Positions 11,152-23,464 of a stretch of 64,000 nucleotides of DNA are shown here, piece by piece. A program made the translations under genes and the position numbers. Origin of the DNA: TPA_inf: Saccharomyces (lineage: Eukaryota); assembly GCA_000146045.2 (NCBI GenBank), contig BK006935.2, forward strand, positions 128,001 through 192,000. The letters are read 5' to 3'. Within the stretch, counting starts at the first letter, position 1. The number at the start of each line of letters is the position of its first letter. The notes under the pieces were generated by a model. That model ran no database searches. It worked only from the letters and a program-made list of their open reading frames with translations, and was not told the origin of the DNA.

Positions 11152-11254
11152 GGGCGTGTGGTCTAGTGGTATGATTCTCGCTTTGGGCGACTTCCTGATT
11201 AAACAGGAAGACAAAGCATGCGAGAGGCCCTGGGTTCAATTCCCAGCTCGCCCC
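11152..11254 (+). tRNA. tP(UGG)A: tRNA-Pro (anticodon UGG) with an intron after the anticodon
   Basis: GGGCGTGTGGTCTAGTGGTATGATTCTCGCTTTGGG[intron about 11188-11218]TGCGAGAGGCCCTGGGTTCAATTCCCAGCTCGCCCC; A and B boxes present. Confidence 0.9.
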
Positions 11255-11502
11255 GAATAATTTTTTTTTGCCTATCTATAAAATTAAAGTAGCAGTACTT
11301 CAACCATTAGTGTTAGCGATAATCAAGAAGTGAAACTCTTTCTCTATTTTTTTTTTAATTGAAAAATTTCCTTTCTCTATAGCGTATAGAATATATGTTA
11401 CATGTATATATATATATAAAGTAAAAACGTTCGGAAAATTCCTCATTATACCCAGATCATTAAAAGACATTTTCGTTATTATCAATTGCCGCACCAATTG
11501 GC

Positions 11503-12816
11503 TTAATCAACTTCTTCAACGGTTGGACCTTCAGCCTCTGGAGCTGGAGGAGCACCACCTGGGAAACCGCCTGGAGCACCACCTGCAGCGCCACCTGGAG
11601 CACCACCAGCTTGGTACAACTTAGACATGATTGGGTTGGCAATGTCTTGCAACTCCTTCAACTTGTCATCGAATTCTTCCTTGCTGGCAGTGGTGTTGCT
11701 GTCTAACCAAGAAATAGTCTCTTCAGCCTTCTTGGTGACGGTGTCCTTGTCAGCTTGTTCCAATTTGTCACCAGCTTCAGAAATGGTGTTCTTCAAAGAG
11801 TAAGCAATGGATTCCAATTGGTTCTTGGAAGCAATTCTTTGAGATTCCTTTTCATCTTCTTCCTTGAATTTTTCGGCTTCAGCAACCATCTTTTCGATAT
11901 CTTCCTTGGACAATCTACCCTTGTCGTTGGTAATAGTGATCTTGTTAGACTTACCAGTACCCTTTTCGACGGCGGAAACATTCAAAATACCGTTAGAGTC
12001 GACATCGAAAGTGACTTCAATTTGTGGGACACCTCTTGGAGCTGGTGGAATACCACTCAATTCGAACTTACCCAACAAGTTGTTGTCCTTAGTCTTGGCT
12101 CTTTCACCTTCAAAGACTTGAATCAAGACACCTGGTTGGTTATCAGCATAAGTGGAAAAGATCTCGGACTTCTTTGTTGGAATGGTAGAGTTTCTTGGAA
12201 TCAACTTGGTCATGACACCACCAGCAGTTTCAATACCCAAGGATAATGGAGCGACATCCAACAACAATAGATCTTGAGTCTTGGAAGATTCGTCACCAGT
12301 CAAAATAGCAGCTTGAACAGCAGCACCGTAAGCAACAGCTTCATCTGGGTTGATAGATCTGTTTGGTTCCTTACCGTTGAAGTAGTCAGTGACCAATTTT
12401 TGGACCTTTGGAATTCTGGTAGAACCACCGACCAAGACAATTTCATCGACTTGAGATTTGTCCAATTTAGCATCTCTCAAGACCTTTTCAACTGGGTCCA
12501 AAGTAGATCTGAACAAGTCAGCACACAATTCTTCGAATCTGGCTCTGGTGATGGAAGTGTAGAAATCGATACCTTCGAACAAAGAGTCAATTTCAACGGA
12601 AGTTTGAGCGGAGGAAGACAAAGTTCTCTTGGCTCTTTCACAAGCGGTTCTTAATCTTCTCAAAGCTCTTTGGTTGGTAGACAAGTCCTTCTTGTTCTTT
12701 CTCTTGAATTCTTGGATGAAGTGGTTGACCAATCTGTTGTCAAAATCTTCACCACCCAAATGGGTGTCACCAGCGGTGGCCTTAACTTCAAAGATACCGT
12801 CTTCAATGGACAACAA

Positions 12817-12849
<33 letters not shown>

Positions 12850-13431
12850 AATCAAGACGTGTTCTTCCTTACCCTTCTTGTCCAAACCGTAAGCAATGGC
12901 AGCGGCGGTAGGTTCGTTAATAATACGCAAGACATTCAAACCAGCAATGGTACCAGCATCCTTGGTAGCTTGTCTTTGAGAATCGTTGAAGTAAGCTGGG
13001 ACAGTGACGACAGCGTCATTGACCTTGGCTCCCAAGTAAGATTCGGCAGTTTCCTTCATCTTACCCAAGACCATGGAGGAGATTTGTTCTGGGGTAAAGT
13101 TCTTGGTTTCACCCTTAAATTCAACTTGAATTTGAGGCTTACCGTCAACATCGATCAACTTGAATGGGAAGTGCTTCATGTCAGCCTGCACTTCTGGGTC
13201 GTTGAAGTTTCTACCGATCAAACGCTTAGCGTCGAAAACGGTATTCGAAGGATTCATAGCAGCTTGATTCTTAGCAGCATCACCAATCAATCTTTCAGTG
13301 TCAGTGAAAGCGACAAAAGATGGAGTGGTTCTGTTACCTTGATCGTTGGCAATAATGTCCACACGATCATTAGCAAAGTGAGCAACACACGAGTATGTTG
13401 TACCTAAATCAATACCGACAGCTTTTGACAT
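11503..13431 (-). CDS. SSA1: Cytosolic Hsp70 chaperone, 642 aa, C-terminal GGAP repeats and EEVD
   Basis: ORF 11503..13431 (-) 642 aa [19 protein letters not shown]...PTVEEVD. Confidence 0.95.
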
Positions 13432-13669
13432 ATTATCTGTTATTTACTTGAATTTTTGTTTCTTGTAATACTTGATTACTTTTCTTTTGATGTGCTTATC
13501 TTACAAATAGAGAAAATAAAACAACTTAAGTAAGAATTGGGAAACGAAACTACAACTCAATCCCTTCTCGAAGATACATCAATCCACCCCTTATATAACC
13601 TTGAAGTCCTCGAAACGATCAGCTAATCTAAATGGCCCCCCTTCTTTTTGGGTTCTTTCTCTCCCTTTT

Positions 13670-13682
13670 GCCGCCGATGGAA
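13670..13682 (+). promoter_or_regulatory. Heat-shock element (GAAcgTTCtgGAA) in the SSA1 promoter
   Basis: Perfect three-unit nGAAn/nTTCn array at 13670-13682, about 240 bp upstream of the SSA1 ATG. Confidence 0.6.
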
Positions 13683-13782
13683 CGTTCTGGAAAAAGAAGA
13701 ATAATTTAATTACTTTCTCAACTAAAATCTGGAGAAAAAACGCAAATGACAGCTTCTAAACGTTCCGTGTGCTTTCTTTCTA

Positions 13783-13795
13783 GAATGTTCTGGAA
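13783..13795 (+). promoter_or_regulatory. Second heat-shock element (GAAtgTTCtgGAA) in the SSA1 promoter
   Basis: Perfect three-unit HSE at 13783-13795, about 350 bp upstream of SSA1. Confidence 0.6.
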
Positions 13796-14173
13796 AGTTT
13801 ACAACAATCCACAAGAACGAAAATGCCGTTGACAATGATGAAACCATCATCCACACACCGCGCACACGTGCTTTATTTCTTTTTCTGAATTTTTTTTTTC
13901 CGCCATTTTCAACCAAGGAAATTTTTTTTCTTAGGGCTCAGAACCTGCAGGTGAAGAAGCGCTTTAGAAATCAAAGCACAACGTAACAATTTGTCGACAA
14001 CCGAGCCTTTGAAGAAAAAATTTTTCACATTGTCGCCTCTAAATAAATAGTTTAAGGTTATCTACCCACTATATTTAGTTGGTTCTTTTTTTTTTCCTTC
14101 TACTCTTTATCTTTTTACCTCATGCTTTCTACCTTTCAGCACTGAAGAGTCCAACCGAATATATACACACATA

Positions 14174-15160
14174 ATGGCATCCACCGATTTCTCCAAGATT
14201 GAAACTTTGAAACAATTAAACGCTTCTTTGGCTGACAAGTCATACATTGAAGGGTATGTTCCGATTTAGTTTACTTTATAGATCGTTGTTTTTCTTTCTT
14301 TTTTTTTTTTCCTATGGTTACATGTAAAGGGAAGTTAACTAATAATGATTACTTTTTTTCGCTTATGTGAATGATGAATTTAATTCTTTGGTCCGTGTTT
14401 ATGATGGGAAGTAAGACCCCCGATATGAGTGACAAAAGAGATGTGGTTGACTATCACAGTATCTGACGATAGCACAGAGCAGAGTATCATTATTAGTTAT
14501 CTGTTATTTTTTTTTCCTTTTTTGTTCAAAAAAAGAAAGACAGAGTCTAAAGATTGCATTACAAGAAAAAAGTTCTCATTACTAACAAGCAAAATGTTTT
14601 GTTTCTCCTTTTAAAATAGTACTGCTGTTTCTCAAGCTGACGTCACTGTCTTCAAGGCTTTCCAATCTGCTTACCCAGAATTCTCCAGATGGTTCAACCA
14701 CATCGCTTCCAAGGCCGATGAATTCGACTCTTTCCCAGCTGCCTCTGCTGCCGCTGCCGAAGAAGAAGAAGATGACGATGTCGATTTATTCGGTTCCGAC
14801 GATGAAGAAGCTGACGCTGAAGCTGAAAAGTTGAAGGCTGAAAGAATTGCCGCATACAACGCTAAGAAGGCTGCTAAGCCAGCTAAGCCAGCTGCTAAGT
14901 CCATTGTCACTCTAGATGTCAAGCCATGGGATGATGAAACCAATTTGGAAGAAATGGTTGCTAACGTCAAGGCCATCGAAATGGAAGGTTTGACCTGGGG
15001 TGCTCACCAATTTATCCCAATTGGTTTCGGTATCAAGAAGTTGCAAATTAACTGTGTTGTCGAAGATGACAAGGTTTCCTTGGATGACTTGCAACAAAGC
15101 ATTGAAGAAGACGAAGACCACGTCCAATCTACCGATATTGCTGCTATGCAAAAATTATAA
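14174..15160 (+). CDS. EFB1: Translation elongation factor 1-beta, 206 aa; exon1 14174..14253, intron 14254..14619, exon2 14620..15160
   Basis: ATG at 14174; GTATGT at 14254; TACTAAC at about 14579-14585; TAG 3' splice site at 14617-14619; spliced product [27 protein letters not shown]|TAVSQADV...AAMQKL. Confidence 0.9.
14367..14468 (+). ncRNA. SNR18: C/D-box snoRNA (U18) hosted in the EFB1 intron
   Basis: C box ATGATGA at 14371-14377, C' ATGATGG at 14401-14407, terminal D box CTGA at 14463-14466. Confidence 0.75.
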
Positions 15161-15706
15161 AAGGCTTTTTTATAAACTTTTTATAATTAACATTAAAGCA
15201 AAAACAACATTGTAAAGATTAACAAATAAATGAAAAAAACAACGAAATAACTTAGGTTTTAGGCTAAAAAAAACAGAAGGAATTTTGAACGATAAACTTT
15301 TCGACTGCACACGAAACATTATTACTAATTTGTGTAACCACTATATAAGGAATCGTGTTTATTAATTGAATTTATTCCGGGAATATTCAAGTTATGTATA
15401 TCTCTTTTCATATTCTTAAATACACATACTCATAATATCTTGTCGAAAATACGCGGTGTAGGGAGTTATGGTGGATAACTTTTTCACGATTAGAAGAAAA
15501 GGAAAATTTCATTATTCGTAGCTTAACATGGCAAAAACGAGAAAGACATATAATCAAAACGTGAGTTTCCTGTGGAAAAAAAAAAAAGGGAACCTCTGGT
15601 TACGATGATATACCTGCGTGAAAAAGGACAGTTATTACCAATACATACAAAGGCTTAATAAGTGTAAAATATATATCTGCCGAGACCATTACTCATTACA
15701 CCTAGA

Positions 15707-18700
15707 ATGGAGCAAAATGGCCTTGACCACGACAGCAGATCTAGCATCGATACGACTATTAATGACACTCAAAAGACTTTCCTAGAATTTAGATCGTATA
15801 CCCAATTAAGTGAAAAACTGGCATCTAGTTCTTCATATACGGCACCTCCCCTGAACGAAGATGGTCCTAAAGGGGTAGCTTCTGCAGTGTCACAAGGCTC
15901 CGAATCCGTAGTCTCATGGACAACTTTAACACACGTATATTCCATCCTGGGTGCTTATGGAGGGCCCACGTGCTTGTATCCGACAGCCACGTATTTTTTG
16001 ATGGGCACTTCTAAAGGATGCGTACTCATTTTTAATTATAATGAACATTTGCAGACAATCCTAGTGCCGACCTTATCTGAGGACCCTTCTATTCACTCAA
16101 TAAGAAGTCCAGTGAAATCAATTGTCATATGTTCCGATGGTACTCATGTAGCTGCCTCATACGAGACCGGAAATATATGCATTTGGAACTTGAACGTAGG
16201 GTATAGAGTGAAACCCACTTCTGAACCAACAAATGGTATGACCCCAACGCCTGCCTTACCGGCAGTCTTACACATCGATGACCATGTGAACAAGGAAATC
16301 ACAGGGTTAGACTTTTTTGGTGCTCGGCATACAGCCCTGATTGTTAGTGATAGGACAGGTAAAGTATCACTCTATAACGGTTACAGAAGAGGCTTTTGGC
16401 AGTTGGTGTATAATTCAAAAAAAATTTTAGATGTGAACTCTTCCAAGGAGAAATTAATAAGGTCAAAGTTGTCTCCACTAATATCACGGGAGAAAATTTC
16501 CACTAATTTGTTGAGTGTACTCACAACTACACATTTTGCCCTTATTTTATTATCGCCACACGTTTCTTTGATGTTTCAAGAAACTGTTGAACCCTCAGTA
16601 CAAAATTCTCTAGTCGTGAATAGCTCTATTTCATGGACTCAAAACTGTTCCAGGGTTGCTTATTCCGTAAATAATAAAATTTCTGTTATTTCCATATCTT
16701 CATCAGACTTCAATGTTCAGTCCGCTAGCCATTCTCCTGAATTTGCAGAATCTATATTATCCATTCAATGGATTGACCAGCTCCTACTTGGTGTTTTAAC
16801 CATATCGCACCAATTTTTGGTATTGCACCCCCAACATGACTTCAAGATCCTGTTAAGATTGGATTTTCTGATTCACGATTTGATGATCCCACCTAATAAA
16901 TATTTTGTAATAAGTAGAAGAAGTTTCTACCTGTTAACAAACTACTCATTTAAAATTGGCAAATTTGTGTCTTGGTCAGATATTACTTTAAGACATATTT
17001 TGAAAGGCGACTACTTGGGTGCATTGGAGTTCATAGAATCACTTTTGCAACCTTACTGTCCACTGGCAAACTTGTTGAAGCTAGATAATAATACGGAAGA
17101 GAGGACTAAGCAACTTATGGAACCATTTTACAATCTGTCCTTGGCTGCCCTAAGGTTTCTTATAAAAAAAGATAATGCCGACTACAATAGGGTTTACCAA
17201 TTATTAATGGTAGTTGTTCGTGTTTTGCAGCAATCTTCCAAAAAACTAGACTCAATTCCTTCTCTAGACGTCTTTTTGGAACAGGGTCTGGAGTTCTTTG
17301 AATTGAAGGACAACGCGGTATATTTTGAAGTTGTAGCAAATATTGTTGCCCAAGGATCAGTTACGTCAATTTCCCCAGTTCTTTTCAGGTCCATAATTGA
17401 TTACTATGCTAAGGAGGAGAATTTAAAAGTAATTGAAGACTTAATCATCATGTTAAATCCTACTACGCTTGATGTTGATCTTGCCGTCAAACTATGCCAA
17501 AAGTATAATTTGTTCGATTTATTAATATATATTTGGAACAAGATCTTTGATGATTATCAAACCCCAGTGGTGGACTTGATATACAGGATTTCTAACCAAA
17601 GTGAAAAATGTGTGATCTTCAATGGTCCTCAAGTACCTCCTGAAACGACTATATTTGATTACGTAACGTATATCCTTACTGGCAGGCAATATCCACAAAA
17701 CTTGTCTATATCACCAAGTGATAAATGCTCCAAAATACAAAGGGAACTTTCAGCATTTATTTTTAGTGGCTTCTCCATAAAATGGCCGTCGAACAGCAAT
17801 CATAAACTTTACATATGCGAAAATCCAGAAGAAGAGCCAGCATTTCCTTACTTTCACCTTTTATTGAAATCGAATCCGAGTAGGTTCTTAGCAATGCTCA
17901 ATGAAGTGTTTGAAGCGTCCTTGTTTAACGATGACAATGACATGGTTGCATCAGTTGGAGAAGCAGAATTGGTAAGTAGGCAATATGTTATTGATCTACT
18001 ATTGGATGCTATGAAAGATACGGGAAATTCAGACAACATCAGGGTACTTGTTGCAATTTTCATTGCAACTAGTATATCAAAATATCCTCAATTTATTAAA
18101 GTGTCTAACCAAGCCCTCGACTGCGTTGTTAATACCATATGCTCCTCTAGGGTTCAAGGTATATATGAAATTTCTCAAATAGCTCTGGAGTCGCTTTTAC
18201 CCTATTATCATTCAAGAACAACAGAAAATTTTATACTGGAACTAAAAGAAAAAAATTTCAATAAAGTTCTTTTCCATATCTATAAAAGTGAAAATAAGTA
18301 CGCCAGTGCGCTTTCACTTATTTTAGAAACTAAGGACATCGAAAAAGAATATAACACGGACATTGTATCCATAACCGACTACATACTCAAAAAATGCCCA
18401 CCTGGAAGTTTAGAATGTGGCAAAGTTACTGAAGTTATCGAGACGAACTTTGATCTTCTTCTCTCAAGGATCGGTATCGAAAAATGCGTCACAATTTTTT
18501 CTGACTTTGACTATAATCTTCATCAAGAAATCCTGGAAGTAAAGAATGAGGAGACTCAGCAAAAGTATTTGGATAAGCTTTTTTCTACGCCAAATATCAA
18601 CAATAAGGTCGATAAGCGTTTAAGAAATTTACACATCGAATTGAACTGTAAATACAAGAGCAAAAGGGAAATGATTCTTTGGCTTAATGGTACAGTTCTC

Positions 18701-19531
18701 AGCAACGCTGAGAGCTTACAAATTCTGGACTTATTGAATCAAGACTCTAATTTTGAAGCTGCAGCTATAATTCACGAACGCTTGGAAAGTTTTAACCTAG
18801 CAGTCAGGGATTTATTAAGTTTTATTGAACAATGTCTAAATGAAGGGAAAACAAATATATCTACTTTATTGGAATCTTTGAGGAGGGCCTTTGATGATTG
18901 TAATTCTGCTGGTACCGAGAAAAAATCGTGTTGGATATTATTGATTACATTCCTGATCACTCTATATGGGAAATATCCTTCACACGATGAAAGGAAAGAT
19001 TTATGTAATAAACTACTTCAAGAAGCATTTTTGGGATTGGTTAGGTCCAAGAGTTCCTCTCAGAAGGATTCAGGTGGGGAATTCTGGGAAATAATGTCTT
19101 CTGTTCTTGAGCACCAAGACGTTATTTTAATGAAAGTTCAGGATTTAAAGCAACTGCTACTGAATGTTTTTAATACTTATAAATTGGAAAGATCTCTTTC
19201 TGAGTTGATTCAAAAGATTATAGAGGATTCTTCGCAAGATCTTGTTCAACAGTATAGAAAATTTCTGAGTGAAGGGTGGTCTATACACACCGACGACTGC
19301 GAAATCTGCGGGAAAAAAATATGGGGAGCTGGTCTGGACCCATTACTTTTTCTAGCTTGGGAAAATGTACAGCGCCACCAAGATATGATTAGTGTAGATC
19401 TCAAAACTCCCCTTGTCATATTCAAATGTCACCATGGCTTTCACCAGACTTGCCTCGAAAACTTGGCCCAGAAACCCGATGAATATTCTTGTTTAATTTG
19501 CCAGACGGAATCTAACCCAAAAATAGTATAA
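15707..19531 (+). CDS. VPS8: CORVET tethering complex subunit, 1274 aa, C-terminal RING-H2
   Basis: ORF 15707..19531 (+) 1274 aa; ATG at 15707; terminal ...CHHGFHQTCL...CLIC RING-like motif. Confidence 0.9.
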   Translation: MEQNGLDHDSRSSIDTTINDTQKTFLEFRSYTQLSEKLASSSSYTAPPLNEDGPKGVASAVSQGSESVVSWTTLTHVYSILGAYGGPTCLYPTATYFLMGTSKGCVLIFNYNEHLQTILVPTLSEDPSIHSIRSPVKSIVICSDGTHVAASYETGNICIWNLNVGYRVKPTSEPTNGMTPTPALPAVLHIDDHVNKEITGLDFFGARHTALIVSDRTGKVSLYNGYRRGFWQLVYNSKKILDVNSSKEKLIRSKLSPLISREKISTNLLSVLTTTHFALILLSPHVSLMFQETVEPSVQNSLVVNSSISWTQNCSRVAYSVNNKISVISISSSDFNVQSASHSPEFAESILSIQWIDQLLLGVLTISHQFLVLHPQHDFKILLRLDFLIHDLMIPPNKYFVISRRSFYLLTNYSFKIGKFVSWSDITLRHILKGDYLGALEFIESLLQPYCPLANLLKLDNNTEERTKQLMEPFYNLSLAALRFLIKKDNADYNRVYQLLMVVVRVLQQSSKKLDSIPSLDVFLEQGLEFFELKDNAVYFEVVANIVAQGSVTSISPVLFRSIIDYYAKEENLKVIEDLIIMLNPTTLDVDLAVKLCQKYNLFDLLIYIWNKIFDDYQTPVVDLIYRISNQSEKCVIFNGPQVPPETTIFDYVTYILTGRQYPQNLSISPSDKCSKIQRELSAFIFSGFSIKWPSNSNHKLYICENPEEEPAFPYFHLLLKSNPSRFLAMLNEVFEASLFNDDNDMVASVGEAELVSRQYVIDLLLDAMKDTGNSDNIRVLVAIFIATSISKYPQFIKVSNQALDCVVNTICSSRVQGIYEISQIALESLLPYYHSRTTENFILELKEKNFNKVLFHIYKSENKYASALSLILETKDIEKEYNTDIVSITDYILKKCPPGSLECGKVTEVIETNFDLLLSRIGIEKCVTIFSDFDYNLHQEILEVKNEETQQKYLDKLFSTPNINNKVDKRLRNLHIELNCKYKSKREMILWLNGTVLSNAESLQILDLLNQDSNFEAAAIIHERLESFNLAVRDLLSFIEQCLNEGKTNISTLLESLRRAFDDCNSAGTEKKSCWILLITFLITLYGKYPSHDERKDLCNKLLQEAFLGLVRSKSSSQKDSGGEFWEIMSSVLEHQDVILMKVQDLKQLLLNVFNTYKLERSLSELIQKIIEDSSQDLVQQYRKFLSEGWSIHTDDCEICGKKIWGAGLDPLLFLAWENVQRHQDMISVDLKTPLVIFKCHHGFHQTCLENLAQKPDEYSCLICQTESNPKIV

Positions 19532-19593
19532 CATTTCTAAATATTTAATACAACTTTGGTTACATAAAAGTAAAATTTATACACCTCATTTCA

Positions 19594-22500
19594 TTATGTA
19601 GATTCATATATAGAATACCAATTATGATTGACCCAATAGCCATCAAAATCAGTAGTTATTAATACTTGTCTTTCTAGGAGCCATTTGCATATTTCTGATA
19701 TTTCATGAAGCGAAAGTACTTCACGACACCTAGATTGCAATCTACTCAATGTTATCCCTGGATGAAATATTATTTCGTTAACGACCATAGTAACTACCTG
19801 CTTCCATATGTTTGGCCTAATGGAACCAGATCCATTCACCCATAAACGAGAAAATGGTTTGCCCAGTGGAACTTTGACAGCAGACTTCCTTGCTGTATTC
19901 AATTTTGTCTGAGAATTGGCATATATAATCAGAGGGGGAGTTAATGTTCGTATTTCAAATCTCCTTGAAGTATACGTTAAAGGTCGAACATTTCTCACCA
20001 TTGGAATTACATCCATATTCAATAGCTCTCCCGAAATCAAATCAATTAAAACCCAAGAGGATATATCGGACGGCTCTTGATTGATAACAATAGCGTTTCC
20101 GGCCTCCAATAATTCATTAACCTTACATCTATACTGAAAAGCTACACCAAAATCTTTATAATTTCCTCTATTTTCCAAAATGTCTGGTAAAGTATCAGTA
20201 CATTCAAGTTTTGAGCCATGGAGATAAATTTGCTTTTCCTTAGCCATATCCATGATGACGTTATCTATTGATTCGTTTCCAACGTTCTTCAACGCCTCTA
20301 TTTCATTTCTAGTGGTCGAAGGACTTTCTATTAATATGGACCGGATCACTGTGCGAATATAATCGTCGCTTTGACTCTTCGATAAGTCCTTAGTAGAAGC
20401 GGAAATCTTTCTAGTGTAAGTTTTTTTTAAAGAAGAGATCTCTCTTTGAATCATAGAAGACATGGCCAGATCGTTGCCAGAATGTGTAAGTGTGTCATCA
20501 CGTACCAGAGTAAATTTTTTTCTATTCTCTTCGTAGTTCTTATAAAGAAAGAGCGGCCTTTTTATTTCCTTTTCATCAAAAGAGGTCCAAATATCAAGCA
20601 ATTTGATAAGATCTAGTTCTTCAACATCCCTCAGTGAAATCTTTTCACTTTTAATGGCTAGAACGAGCATTTTTTTCCACTTATCGACATATGCCCTCCA
20701 ACCACTATGACCCATTCTTACTCGCCGTGCCGTCCATTTCTTTTTTAGGTTATCTAAAGAATTATTAGGAAATAATTTTGTTATTTTGTCCCACATTATT
20801 TCATTTTTAATACTTTTAGTAACTACAACAGCTCTGATTAAAGCCTGAACACCATCTTTAGTGCCTGCATGATAGACAGTTTTGTCTTCTTTAGTATTTT
20901 CCACGACCACCGTTGTCCTACCAGCAGACACTTTTTTGTCTCTCCTTTTGATCTTTCCATCTGATACGTTGACCGACGTACTCTTCTTAGAGATAGCGTC
21001 ATCTGAAGCTTTGATCTTAGCATTCTTTTGGCGGTTCTGAAACTTACGAATTCTTTCAACTGATTTCTTTCCTCTGTGAAACCTATTTTTTTCCGTTTGG
21101 TCAAAGAAGTATATTTCCGTATCATGTATAACATCAGTAAAGGTTGCTTTTTTACTATCTTTTTCTTTCAGGATGTACCTTTGGATAGCGTCCTCTCCAA
21201 CAGTGGGCAAAAAAATAATTTTTCTTCCTGATACAGGCTCTGTTCTGGCTCCTAATTTTTCGCTTTCTACCATCAAATCAACATCACCACGGACAGTCTT
21301 TTTATCTAATGTCGTTGTGGAGCCCATATATTTAGAAACGCTTTCGTAAAATTGTTCTCTCAGGTATGCTACCCCACCAATCGTATTCATAACTTTCAAA
21401 ATGGCTCTCTGTCTCTGTAGTGAACGCAAAGAGCGGGCAGAAAAGCCGCCGAAGTTAACCACCTTGCCTTTGACAACAGTGCCTCCGTTTGAACTTGGAC
21501 TATCTTCAGCAGATTTCGGCTCCTGTGCAGTGCTGACATGCTGCTCTAGCTTAATCCTTTTGGGATTCGAAATGTTTCCTGCAACAGAAGCATTAGTACT
21601 GTTTTTAACCTGCCTCTTCCGTTTGTTTTTATTCGGAGTTTTTTTTGAGTTTGGGGGAATTTTTAATTCACCGTGCCAGAAGAATATATCCTGTCCATCG
21701 CTGTCCGTTGTAAATCTAACAGTGTTGTTGAGTGCGACGAAATTATCCTCGTTGAGAGTTTTCAAATCGGTACGAGATTTGCCTAGCTCATCAAACCCTT
21801 TTGGAACGGATATTTCGTCTTCCGCATTTGTTAACTTTTGAAAGTTCTGAGCTGTGAACAGCCTAAAAAACTTCTTCTTTCCCTCAAAATCGTATATGCG
21901 AAAAAGCCTATACCCCCCTGTATTTTCTTTTTGCTTATCCACACTTTCTAAATAATATTCGCTTGATTTGGTAAAAGCTCGCTGAAATTCTTTTCCGGTA
22001 ATTCGATTTACAACATCCATAGTTGAAATTCCTTTAAGGCCAGACTTATCTGCAATGTCATAAGTCTGATTTTGAAGTGGATAAAATCGATTAAGAAGAA
22101 CTTCATTCTTTACAGCATCCTCTTTCTCTTCCATAACAAGGCCTTGATTTTGTAATAAATCAGTCGCATTGAAATTATCTAAACCTTCGACTAAGTCTTC
22201 ATCTTCGAAAGCTGCCTTGCTATCTGATACAGAATCTTCATCCGCGCTATTGCTATCATACTCAAATGAAGGCGAGCCTTTAGAGTCTGGAATATCTTTC
22301 ACGTATTTTACACATCTGATTTTAATGGCAGGATTCTTGGGTGATACTACAAGCACTTTCTTTAAGTACTCCTTTTCATCTAACCATGCAATAGCTGCAA
22401 TAAAAGCTTTAGAAAGTCTTTTCTCTTTGTCAAATTTCAATTCACGCTTTAAATCAATTATCTGGCGAATACCATTTTTTGATCGTTTTACCACCTCAAC

Positions 22501-23166
22501 TATTGTTGCTAAATGATCCCTAATATTAATATAGGGATTACTATCCACCCCGTCATGGCTGAATTTTTTTAGCTTCAATTGCTTCACGACGTGTCCCTTA
22601 TAAATCAGTTGTGAACTTGTTAACAGGTGGTTTATTTTCTTGATACGTCCAGTCACACTTCTAGGATCTTGCCCAGTTACCTGCGCCAAATCCATAGTAT
22701 TGATCCCTTTTTCTCCTGATTTGGCAACTTCGAGAAGTAGTTCAAATGCAGAATTTCCAATAGTTGACTCCTTTTTTGTGTATCCCGTTAATAATGTCCA
22801 TAGGCTGTCCTCAGTAATCCCAACCGAGTATGAATGATTAGCGTCGCCTATAATATCAGTCACATTTTTAGTTGTTATAGCACCATCACAATACACCTCA
22901 ATGTCCTTTTTCAATATCACGCATGAAAGCACGAACTGTTTAACTTTTTTATCAGACAAATCAAAATATTTACCAGATATATCCCACAGCTGATTCAAAG
23001 TGATTTCTTCAATGTGTCGTTAGTAAATAATCTTTCACAATATAGTACGTTTATCACCTAAACGGAGCCGAAAAGGAGAATGAGACATGAACATACTTCC
23101 CTTATTTGAAGCAATTTTATCAGACACTATTTGTACGAGTTCGTCAGGATAAATCGTCAGTACCAT
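19594..23166 (-). CDS. TFC3: TFIIIC tau138 B-box-binding subunit, 1160 aa; exon2 19594..23006, intron 23007..23096, exon1 23097..23166
   Basis: Minus ATG at 23164-23166 (MVLTIYPDELVQIVSDKIASNKG); GTATGT = plus 23091-23096; TACTAAC = plus 23019-23025; the 3' splice site must restore frame to ...KITLNQLWDISG, giving an AAG acceptor at plus 23007-23009. Confidence 0.85.
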
Positions 23167-23464
23167 TTTTCTTGTGGCTAGTTGGCTTCAACCAAACGTC
23201 CTCTTCTCTCTTATGGCAAGAAGAAAGTTATATGTGTGACTGGTTGTTTATTTCACTTTCGCGACTGAAAGCGCCGCCCTTTATGATGCAAAAAACCAAG
23301 CGGTATTTGAAAATGCAGATTTGCAGAAATAAAAGAAATAAAAATAAAAATCTTATAATTTTACCAGCTTCAATAACTCGATTTGCATAAGTGTGCCTTA
23401 GTATGCTTATTATATTGACTTTGACATTGAACTTCAAAACCTTTTATGTAATGATTTAAGTCTT

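Noticed and set aside
12670-13407. 245-aa plus-strand ORF fully inside SSA1 on the opposite strand (corresponds to dubious YAL004W)
   Set aside because: Lies antisense to a highly expressed, highly codon-biased Hsp70 gene. Its openness is a by-product of SSA1 codon usage, and it has no independent start context or homology.
14429-14614. 61-aa ORF inside the EFB1 intron
   Set aside because: Overlaps snR18 and the intron branch-point region. It is explained by the snoRNA host-intron structure.
19532-19593. Possible ARS (ARS108?) in the short convergent VPS8/TFC3 intergenic region
   Set aside because: No 11/11 or 10/11 ACS match seen in these 62 bp on either strand, and my memory of an ARS here is too vague to call.
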